From Ascoidea asiatica JCM 7603 (lineage: Eukaryota; Fungi; Ascomycota), in the NCBI GenBank assembly GCA_001600695.1, contig BCKQ01000003.1, positions 1,556,526 to 1,620,525 on the forward strand: 64,000 bases of DNA, in the 5' to 3' direction. Shown piece after piece: positions 34,539 to 43,860 of the stretch. Under the pieces are notes generated by a model. It was given only the letters and a program-made list of their open reading frames with translations. It ran no database searches and had not been told where the DNA came from. The translations under genes were made by a program, and so were the position numbers. Each line of letters opens with the position of its first letter. The first letter of the stretch is position 1.

Positions 34539-34545
34539 TGACTCA
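34539..34545. promoter_or_regulatory. Gcn4/AP-1 site (TGACTCA) upstream of the asparaginase
   Basis: TTGACTCAT about 200 bp upstream of the ATG. Confidence 0.45.
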
Positions 34546-35053
34546 TTTCTATTATTTTAGCTCAAAGAAGCTCAGATTTAATCGCAGTCCTGCAAAAGCA
34601 GCTCGACTTTGGTAAAATATCAGCCGAGCTCGATCTCAGGCGGGGCTCGAACCGCAGCTTCTTTATCGAAAGTGACCAGACACCGAGAATTAGAAACCTG
34701 TCAATTTCACATGACAAACGCGTGTTTTGGGTTTTTTTTGGTTTTTGCACACGCCACACAAAAATCATCAAAAAATCATCAAAATAAGTGCCACAAATAT
34801 GGAGTCAAATGTGCACGTGGGATATATTTTAGACTATTTGTAATGTCTTACGTAATTGAAGGCAATGAAACCAAAATATTTAGATATTTGAATATTTGAA
34901 TATTCATACGCAAATACAAACACTTTTGATATTAATATTATTGAAAATATGCTTAATTTTGAATGAATAACTAAGAAATATTTCAATTCAAATCAACTCT
35001 ATAAAGATTTATCAATCAGGGATTTAACTCTTCACAATTTATAAAATGGAGAA

Positions 35054-35659
35054 ATGACAATTAATTATATCCCAAACGATTATGTAACTCCAGGATTTCC
35101 TTCTTTATATTGGCCAATAAATAATGAAGACTTTGAAGATGCTTTCTTGTATCACACAATTGATATTCTAAAATACTCCATATTTTGGTCTTTAATAATA
35201 ACTGGTGGGGCTTTTATTTTAACTTCTATAGTAATTTTTTTGGCAAATGTTAATACAAATATATTTTCAAAAAATAAATTAAAGAAACTTCCTATAATCA
35301 AAAATCAAATTAATCAAGTTCATACTTCTCATACTCCAAATGAGCTTCAAAATGAATTCCAAAACAATGACATTCAAAATGGCAATTATAATAATAATAA
35401 TATTAATGATGATAGTGATGATGATTATAGTGATAAAACAAATTCAATAAATATAATACTTTTATTCATTTCTTTTTTTTATATCATTCTTGGTTTATTT
35501 CAAAGTGCTTTAAATGGTTTAATCATTGGTCTTTTATTAACTGGAGTTTATCAAACTGCAGGTATAAAATTAAGTACTTGGATTCCAATGATTTTTGGTC
35601 TTGTACAATTATTTTATTTCATCATTACTTCTCATCCATATATTTCCTCAATTCTATAA
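35054..35659 (+). CDS. MAY24: TMEM170-family ER membrane protein (YPR153W/May24-like)
   Basis: DYVTPGFPSLYWP...LYHTIDILKYSIFWSLI, three hydrophobic helices and LSTWIPMIFG. Confidence 0.72.
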   Translation: MTINYIPNDYVTPGFPSLYWPINNEDFEDAFLYHTIDILKYSIFWSLIITGGAFILTSIVIFLANVNTNIFSKNKLKKLPIIKNQINQVHTSHTPNELQNEFQNNDIQNGNYNNNNINDDSDDDYSDKTNSINIILLFISFFYIILGLFQSALNGLIIGLLLTGVYQTAGIKLSTWIPMIFGLVQLFYFIITSHPYISSIL

Positions 35660-35807
35660 CATTTTCATTTCCTATTTATTCATTCATTTAATCATTCAAT
35701 TAATCAGTTAATCAGTTAGTCAATTATTCAATTATTCAATTTCAATCTATACTATATCCAATTATCTTACGGTCAGTCAGTCTTAATCTTAATACCTTTT
35801 TTTTTTC

Positions 35808-35815
35808 TATTTACA
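35808..35815 (-). promoter_or_regulatory. Puf3 element (UGUAAAUA) in the CIA84-like 3' UTR
   Basis: Plus-strand TATTTACA about 55 nt past the stop codon. Confidence 0.5.
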
Positions 35816-35868
35816 TCAGCCTTTTATTAATAACTAATAATTAATAATTTATAACTTACATACAATGT

Positions 35869-38800
35869 CTATATATTTTCATCCTTATTTGGTGCAACTA
35901 AAAGTTTCTCTTCATTTTCTTCAAATTTATCAACTACTAATTCAACTTCATTAATCTCTTCATTATCTTCAATTAATTTATCTTTAGAAAATTTTAAAAC
36001 TTTATTCCATTCTTTATCAAATTCTTTAATTAAAAACTTATCAAAATTTTTTTTATTTTCTTTACCAGAAATTAAATTATAACAATAAATTAAATAATCT
36101 TCATCAATTTGTAATTCATTTTCTTTCATTTCTTTTAAAATTAAATTTAAATTCTCATATCTTAAATGATAACAATTTGATAAAATTAATTGTTTATAAT
36201 TTTCTTCATTTGGTAAATAATTTAAATCACTTAAATTATACCATAATTCATAAACATGTTTTAAAGATCCATATGTAAAACTTTTTATCATAATATTTAT
36301 TGTATTAGAATTTATACTATTTTTATTCTCTTTTGGTATAACAATTAATGTTTCAAATAAATCTCTTGTTTTTAAAAAATCTTGTAAATTAGCATATGCA
36401 TTAATCAATGAATTCATCACTTCAATATTATTATCAATAATTAAATCCATTTTTAACATTGCATGTAATTCTAAAACTCCTTGTTCATATAATAATTTAC
36501 TACAACTATTTAACATAAATATATAATGTTCGTATGATGGTCCTTTTAATCCAAATAATCTATTATATTTCTTCATTTGTTGAAATATCATCATTGATCC
36601 TTTTGGATTATTTAAATAAATAAATTTTTTCATCATTGTTAAATAATCAAAATAATTAAATTGAAAATATTTATGTAAAATTCCATATAATGCCCAACAA
36701 ACTTCAATTCCATCTTTTTCATCTTTATAATTAATTAAATATTCCATAATATTTTTATAAATTTCATAATTTTTAATTTCTTTTAAACTTAATCTATGAT
36801 AATAATTATCTTTTGAACTTTTAGGAATTTTAATTTCTCTATTCAATAATTCAATACCATCACCAACAAATTTAAATTCAAATAATTTTTTCAATATAAT
36901 ATTTATTGTTAATTTATCAATTTCTTTCAAATTTGTTTTAATTTTTTTAAAAAACTTAAAATTTAAAATTAAATCTTCTTTTGATAAATTCTCATTTGAA
37001 AATAATTTCATTAGAATTCTATCTAAAATTAAATTATTTTTAAAATTCAATTCATTTGACCATTCAATTCCATTATTTATGCTATCTTGATAAAGTTCTT
37101 TACAAAATTCTAAATCTTCATTATTTAAATAATATTCAAGTAAATAACAAAATGAATTAATATTCTTTGAAATATTTAATTCTTCTTCAAAATATTTTAT
37201 TAATGAATTAATAAAATTAATTGATTTATTTGATTTAATACTTGATTCTATTAATAAATTCATTGTTTCAACATCTAAATAATTTGAATTTTTTTCATTT
37301 ATTAAAGATTCATAATCAATTTCAATTGCATTTAATTCAATCTCTTTTTCAATCTCTTGTTTATTTTGTAATTCAGAAAGTTTCTTCAATGAATTTATTA
37401 AAAATGTACAATTATCAAAAGTTTCAAGTTTATCTAACTTAAATAAATTCCAAGCTAAAATAGAATCTGAATTTTGTTTTGAAATTGAATTTTTATGATT
37501 AAAAAAGTCATTATTATTACTATGATTGTTATTTTTTTTAAAAGTTTCATAAATTTTATCACCTATATTATATTTATCATTTGATTTGATTATACTTTTA
37601 ATAATTGTAGAAAAAAATAAGTTATTATTACTTAAAACATTTTTAAAATTATTTTCATTATTAATAAAATTTGGTATTATACAATTTTTTAAAATTGAAT
37701 TTGATTCATTTAATAAATTATTTTCATCACAAATATTTAATAAATTTAATAAAATATTAATATCATTAATATTTTTTTCATTTTCTATAAAATAATTTAT
37801 AAATATTGAAATTTGTTTTGAATAATTATTATTATTAGTTTCTTCTTCAATATTTTCATTAATTATATTTTCTTTTTCATATTTATTTAATTTTATATAT
37901 AAATTAAAATAATCGAATTTCAAAGGTAATAAAACTTGATTTGAATTATTTAAAGATTTTATTAAATTAAAAATTTCAAAGATTAAATTTGAATTTAAAT
38001 AAATTAAATCATCTGATGATAAAATGTTTGAGATGTTTGAATTATTTAAGTTTAAACTGTTAATTTTTTTAAAATTTATTAAATCATTTGTAAAATTTAA
38101 GAATAGATTTGTTTGAAAATCTAAATCATTATAATTTGATATATTTTCATTTTCAAGAATTAAATTTAATATATTTATTGCTTTTTCAGTATTATTTGGT
38201 ACGAATAAAATTTGTTTTAAGAAATTTAAAATATTATTCCATTTTTGATTATTATTTATTGAATTATTTTTTTTACTTATTAATAAATAAATTTGAGAAA
38301 TAATTTCAGTATGTTTTGAAAAATTTAATTGAAATTGTTTTGAAAGATTTAAAGTGAAGAAATTTGAGATTTGTAATAATTCATCTATTGTAAAAACTTC
38401 ATTTAAAAAAGAATATGAATTTGAATTTGAGTTAGAATCTGATTTTGCGATTTTATTATTATTTTTATTATTACTTTTATTATTACTTTTATTATTACTT
38501 TTATTATTACTTTTGTTATTTGATTTGAATTTTTGAATTTCAGTATTTTTTAAAATTTCAGTTTGAGAAATATATTCATTATTTAAAATTTTTATAAATT
38601 TACTTATATATATAATTATTGAAGGATTATTTATAATTGGGTTATTATTTAAAGAATATTCTATAAATTTCATTAATTCATTTTTTATAATTTGAAAATT
38701 TTTTAAAATATATTGTTTTGAAATTTGATTTGAAATTCTTTTAGATTCATTATTATTATCTAAGAATTGCCTTAATTGAGATTTTAAATTGATTAGTAAA

Positions 38801-39150
38801 TCCTGTTGATTATTATCAAGATTTGTATAATCCATTGTTGTATTATTGTTATTATTATTATTTTCTAAATCATCTGAGATTATTTCATTTGATTTTTTCG
38901 AGAATGAGAACCATGAATAAGATCTTTTTTGATTCAAGTATTTTGAAGATGATGAAGATATCAATTGTGGGATTATATAAGAATTATTAATCTTATTATG
39001 ATTCTTTATGGATATATTAGTATTTGTATTTATATTTCTGGATTGAATTAGATTTATAGAAGATATTAATCTCAAATCTTTTGAGGAATGGGCCATCGAT
39101 TGTAGCTTAGAAGCATTGAAGGACTTCTTCTTCAACGTCCTACCTATCAT
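35869..39150 (-). CDS. Mitochondrial PPR protein, complex I intermediate-associated protein 84 (CIA84)-like
   Basis: Basic N-terminal presequence. C-terminal PPR-like helices include WALYGILHKYF, MIFQQMK, ELHAMLKMDLII...VMNSLINAY, matching the recalled fungal CIA84 pattern (VHNMLKMD...YNALMIAY). Confidence 0.7.
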   Translation of the reverse strand: MIGRTLKKKSFNASKLQSMAHSSKDLRLISSINLIQSRNINTNTNISIKNHNKINNSYIIPQLISSSSSKYLNQKRSYSWFSFSKKSNEIISDDLENNNNNNNTTMDYTNLDNNQQDLLINLKSQLRQFLDNNNESKRISNQISKQYILKNFQIIKNELMKFIEYSLNNNPIINNPSIIIYISKFIKILNNEYISQTEILKNTEIQKFKSNNKSNNKSNNKSNNKSNNKNNNKIAKSDSNSNSNSYSFLNEVFTIDELLQISNFFTLNLSKQFQLNFSKHTEIISQIYLLISKKNNSINNNQKWNNILNFLKQILFVPNNTEKAINILNLILENENISNYNDLDFQTNLFLNFTNDLINFKKINSLNLNNSNISNILSSDDLIYLNSNLIFEIFNLIKSLNNSNQVLLPLKFDYFNLYIKLNKYEKENIINENIEEETNNNNYSKQISIFINYFIENEKNINDINILLNLLNICDENNLLNESNSILKNCIIPNFINNENNFKNVLSNNNLFFSTIIKSIIKSNDKYNIGDKIYETFKKNNNHSNNNDFFNHKNSISKQNSDSILAWNLFKLDKLETFDNCTFLINSLKKLSELQNKQEIEKEIELNAIEIDYESLINEKNSNYLDVETMNLLIESSIKSNKSINFINSLIKYFEEELNISKNINSFCYLLEYYLNNEDLEFCKELYQDSINNGIEWSNELNFKNNLILDRILMKLFSNENLSKEDLILNFKFFKKIKTNLKEIDKLTINIILKKLFEFKFVGDGIELLNREIKIPKSSKDNYYHRLSLKEIKNYEIYKNIMEYLINYKDEKDGIEVCWALYGILHKYFQFNYFDYLTMMKKFIYLNNPKGSMMIFQQMKKYNRLFGLKGPSYEHYIFMLNSCSKLLYEQGVLELHAMLKMDLIIDNNIEVMNSLINAYANLQDFLKTRDLFETLIVIPKENKNSINSNTINIMIKSFTYGSLKHVYELWYNLSDLNYLPNEENYKQLILSNCYHLRYENLNLILKEMKENELQIDEDYLIYCYNLISGKENKKNFDKFLIKEFDKEWNKVLKFSKDKLIEDNEEINEVELVVDKFEENEEKLLVAPNKDENI

Positions 39151-39753
39151 CTCTTAAATATGTATATGTATCACTAGTTCTTATTGATTCTCATCACCAA
39201 CTCTGTCTCATCAACGATTGATTCTTCTCTTGATTCACTTCAATTCAACTCACTTCACTTCACTTCAATTCAATTCAATTCAATTCAATTCTTGACCTTC
39301 TTTTGAATTGAACAAAACAAAATTAAAATCAAACCGGAATTCAACTTGAAAATTACCTAATAAAAATGTAAATTAGTCGGTTACTAAAATGGAAATACAA
39401 GGCAGTACAAACTAGCCACTTACGCCACATTTACTGATTACATAATTACTTAGTAATTTCAAAATAATCAAAAATAATTTAATTAAAATTACACAAACAA
39501 AACTATTTTTTTTAAGTGTGTTGAGTGAATTGAATATGTGAAATATTTCAACTCAATTCAGATTTGCTTACTCTTTCATCGTTATTCTTCAAGTCATGTC
39601 ATAGTCAATAATTTGTATATTCATAAGTTTGTCATAATTTGTTTTGGTTGGGGTTTAAAGTATAATAGGCTAAAAGAACTATGTATAGTAAGTAAATAAT
39701 AAAAAAGAAAAGAATTGAAGAAAAGAAAAATATTCATAACAGAGTAAATTGAA

Positions 39754-41835
39754 TTAAATTAATTTTTTCTCTTTAGCAATAATTTGAAGAGCAACTCTTT
39801 TTGAGTAATAACGAGCTAAAGCTAAATTACCTCCCATGAAATAAAAATTCTCTTGTCCAGATTCTCTCCAAATTGTTTTAAATTCACCTTCATCATCTAA
39901 TTGCCAAACAGGTTTTAAATTTTTTGAAATTTCTTCACCAAAAATACGTTTTGCAGTATCTTTCATATTTGAATATCCTGTAGCTAAAACAATTAAAGAA
40001 ACATCTTTAATTTCACTATCATCTGTAAATTTAACTCCATCTTTTGTGAATTCTTTAATTTCATTTCCTTGTTTAACTTTTATTTTACCATCACAAATTA
40101 ATTTACTACAACCAACATCAATATAATATCCTCCACCTCTTCTATAATATTTACCAAATAATCCTGTACCACCATATCCATAATCAAGTTTAAATCCTGC
40201 TTTTGTTAATTTTTTAATTTGTTCATTTTCAAGTTTTGAAATTTTTCTAGCTTGTTGTTGAAAAACTAAATTTAATAAATTTATTGGCATTGAATGTAAA
40301 ACCATATCTGCAGTTTCTGTTTTTGGTCCACTTTCATCATAATTACCATCTGTAGTAACTCTTAATCCAACTTCTGATTTTATTACACATGTTGAAGATC
40401 TTTGAATCATTGTAACTTTTGCTCCTTGTTCATATAAATCTTGAGCAATATCATGAGCTGAATTACAACATCCAACAACTAAAGCTTTTTGATTAATATA
40501 ACTTGCTCCAGTACCATATTCTGATGAATGTAAAATTTGTCCTTTGAAATTATTTTCATTTTTAAAAATTGGTTTATTTGGTTCTCCAGAATGTCCAGTT
40601 GCTTGAATTAAATATTTTGGTTTTAAATTAATAATTTCATTAGTTTTAAGATTTTTAATTTTAACATTCCAAATTTTTTCTTTTGAATTAAAATTTGTTG
40701 GTGAAATAATTGTTGAATTTGTCCAATAATTTAATTCCATTGATTTCACATAACTTTCAAACCAATCTGCTAATTTATCCTTTGGTGTAAAAATGGGCCA
40801 TGATTCTGGAAATGGTATATATGGTAAATGATCATACCAAACTGGATCATGTAAAACTAAAAATTTATATCTATTTCTCCAATTATCTCCAATATTTAAA
40901 TTTTTATCAATAATTAATGATTCAATTCCCATAACTTTTAATCTTGCTGCAATTGTTAAACCACCTTGACCACCTCCAACAATTAATACACTTGGTTGAT
41001 GGTTTTCATCATAATTTGTTGATTTTAAACGTTTATCTAACCATGATTCTCTTTTAATATTTTCACCATGATTAACACCATATGGTCTTAATTCTTTTAA
41101 TCTTTCTTCATAACCATTAATTTGATCTAAAGTTGTAAATAATGTAAAAGCTTTTAAATTACCAAAATTTTTATTTGATTTTTTACATGATAATAATCTA
41201 AATAATGCTTTTCCTTTACCAAAATTATTTTCAAAATTTAAATAAACTTGAATCCAAGAAATTGGAAATTTTGAAGATTCTTGAATTAATTGAACTCCAC
41301 AACCAGAAGGATATCTATAATCTGCAAAATTATCTAATTTAAAATTTTTTAAACCATTTTTATTACCAATTAAAATTGATTTAATTTTTTTTAAATTACT
41401 AAATTGATGAAAATCCCAAGTTAAAGATAAATGATCTTTCCAAGATGTTGAATCTAAAAATAAATCATCAAATAATTTATTAAGTTCATATTTATTATTT
41501 GATTTATTATTAATTAAATTTAATAAATTATTAAAAGAATTAACCCATTTTAAAGTTAAATCATTAATATCATTATTTTTTAAATTATCTAAATCAGGTT
41601 CATTAAAATTTCCATAAATTTTATTTAATGGAATATCTGAATCAATTGGATTATAAGTTAAAGGTGGATAAACCATATCAGAATGATCAAATTTTGCATT
41701 TTGAATTGGTTTTAAAGATAATGAACCAAATTTATCATTAATATCTTCTTTATCTTCAATATGAGATGAATTTGGTTTATTATTATTATCAATATTTGAT
41801 AAAAACTCTTTAGATTGTTTAATTAAAGGTTCCAT
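39754..41835 (-). CDS. Class B flavin monooxygenase, type II FMO with an N-terminal SnoaL-like extension
   Basis: FAD motif VGGGQGG, GDNWRNRYKFLVLHDP, FMO fingerprint FKGQILHSSEY, second Rossmann motif VVGCCNSAHD, RGGGYYIDVG and LATGY. Confidence 0.9.
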   Translation of the reverse strand: MEPLIKQSKEFLSNIDNNNKPNSSHIEDKEDINDKFGSLSLKPIQNAKFDHSDMVYPPLTYNPIDSDIPLNKIYGNFNEPDLDNLKNNDINDLTLKWVNSFNNLLNLINNKSNNKYELNKLFDDLFLDSTSWKDHLSLTWDFHQFSNLKKIKSILIGNKNGLKNFKLDNFADYRYPSGCGVQLIQESSKFPISWIQVYLNFENNFGKGKALFRLLSCKKSNKNFGNLKAFTLFTTLDQINGYEERLKELRPYGVNHGENIKRESWLDKRLKSTNYDENHQPSVLIVGGGQGGLTIAARLKVMGIESLIIDKNLNIGDNWRNRYKFLVLHDPVWYDHLPYIPFPESWPIFTPKDKLADWFESYVKSMELNYWTNSTIISPTNFNSKEKIWNVKIKNLKTNEIINLKPKYLIQATGHSGEPNKPIFKNENNFKGQILHSSEYGTGASYINQKALVVGCCNSAHDIAQDLYEQGAKVTMIQRSSTCVIKSEVGLRVTTDGNYDESGPKTETADMVLHSMPINLLNLVFQQQARKISKLENEQIKKLTKAGFKLDYGYGGTGLFGKYYRRGGGYYIDVGCSKLICDGKIKVKQGNEIKEFTKDGVKFTDDSEIKDVSLIVLATGYSNMKDTAKRIFGEEISKNLKPVWQLDDEGEFKTIWRESGQENFYFMGGNLALARYYSKRVALQIIAKEKKLI

Positions 41836-43860
41836 TTGAAATAAATTTATAAAATAAAAAAAATGTAATAATAAAAATTTAATAAAAGTAAAAGTATAGT
41901 AAAAGAAGCTAAAAATAATTACTTTAAGTTATAATGAAGAATATAAAAGGGTTGAGAAAAAAAAGATATTGAAAAGTAAGTCTTTTGAGATACTTTTGAG
42001 ATACTTTTATATGATTTTGAAGATTAATTGGCAATTTATAAAAGATATAGAAACCGATAATAGTATTTGCTAAGAAAAAAAAAAAGGATACTAATCAATC
42101 AAATGAAGAAAAAACTATTTTTTCTTCATTTTCTCCACAATAAAATAAAATCAATGATAGATTTTTTTTTAAAATGAAAATGGCATTCCGGTAATATTAA
42201 TTGAAATATACTAATAGTCAATAGCTAATAGTTCATATTGGATTTAAGATAATTAAATCCGAAATATATTTAAGGGGAAGATAAAATTGTTTTGAGATGG
42301 GGTAAATAAATCAAAGCTATTCGTAATTGATTTAACAGAGACAAAGATAATGTCGATAATGTCGAAAATGATAGTATTGTTATATTCTAGATTGAATACA
42401 TATACGAAGATTTGACTGATGGATAAAAATAGATTCGGATAAATGAAGTGAAATCTTCAATAAAACTTCAATAAAACACGAATATTTCTTGATTAGATGA
42501 TGAAAAAACAGCTTTGAATAAAAAATAATTCATGAATATTCCTAGGTTTGTTTCTAAGTTTTTTTCGGAGTTTCGAAAAGACATTGGTTTTGATAATAAA
42601 CTAGTTTCAAAATTGAGGGTGAGAAGAATCATAAAGTTAAACTTTGATAATTGATATTTTGAAGCAAAAACAAAAAAACATGAAAGAGATTGCTAATTTC
42701 ATTAGTATTAGTGTTTTTATGACAATTAAGACTAGTGGTGCTCTGTTAATAATATTTTGTATATTCTGAAAGAAATTCGAAAATTTCGATAAAACACTAA
42801 AAACAAACAACTGGGGCAAAGACTGAAAGTGATCGTCTAAGGAAATTGGGGGGAAGCAAATTTCCTTTTTCTTTTTAAATGTGCTTGCCCACGAAGCACC
42901 ATTTCTGTCACTGATTCTTCTTATCTGAGCATTGTCTTCGGGTGCCAGGGATTTTTCAAGAAGAGAAGTATCACGATTAGATTATTCATGACATTTATCT
43001 AGCTTACAATAATTTAGGTTGTTTGATGAAATAAATGAATATAATCAATCAATCATGAATAATTATCAATCTTCATAAACCCTGATCCTGGTCATCGACA
43101 CAAAACCCACTGGTCTTTGTTCACCTGAGGAACTGAGACGGTCAAGCAGAAAGATACTTCACAGGTGGTACAGAGCATAAATGGGGCTTTCCGTAACTGT
43201 TTACAACCACCGCTGAGGATCAAAATCTTCTCCCCCTGTCTTTTTAGGATCTGGTTTAGGTCACCAGACTCTGTTGTCAGGGTCTTGGAGCTTGTTCTAT
43301 ATTCAGTAGTCTACTGTCTTTAGATGCATTTCCAGGTGGTCTAGAACTTTGGTTCAACCTAAATGTTCAGCCGCACTTTTGGCTGAGGTATTTTGTTTAC
43401 GAAGCAGATCTTTGTTCACTTCTTCAAAGATTTTCTACATTTCTACTAAAATTTTGAATTCCTGTTCTCAGTTCTGAATTTATAATCTAGACCTGAAAAC
43501 TATTTTGTTTATGAAATGATACCAAAAAAAATTACAAAAACATGAATTCAAGCAGCATCTACTTTGCCCCTAAAAAGTTTTTGTCATCAACTAAACAAAT
43601 TAATAGTAAGAAAATAACAATAGAAATTATAATAATGAGATTGAATATTGTAAAAAAAGCATTCCTATCAAAACATATATATTAAAAGCAAATAACTGAA
43701 TATATTAATATCAATGTTCTATTAAACGTATTTTTATATTTCAAGCTTTTTTTTAAAACACTTTTGCTTTTAAACGGTTTAGAAAAAAACATTAATTTGG
43801 ATTAATTAAGTAATAGTATTTTATGCTATTATATGCATTTAAGTATTTGATTAATTAAAA

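Noticed and set aside
39754-39768. FMO C-terminus KKLI as a peroxisomal targeting signal
   Set aside because: The terminal tripeptide KLI does not fit PTS1, and the TAA stop has no readthrough context.
43075-43110. CCTGATCCTGGTCAT, resembling a TPP riboswitch P4/P5 segment
   Set aside because: The complementary CCAGCG strand and a correctly placed CTGAGA are missing, and there is no intron or thiamine gene context.
43175-43192. AAATGGGGCTT, resembling RNase MRP CR-V
   Set aside because: No upstream GAAAGTCCCC (CR-I) to form the P4 helix.
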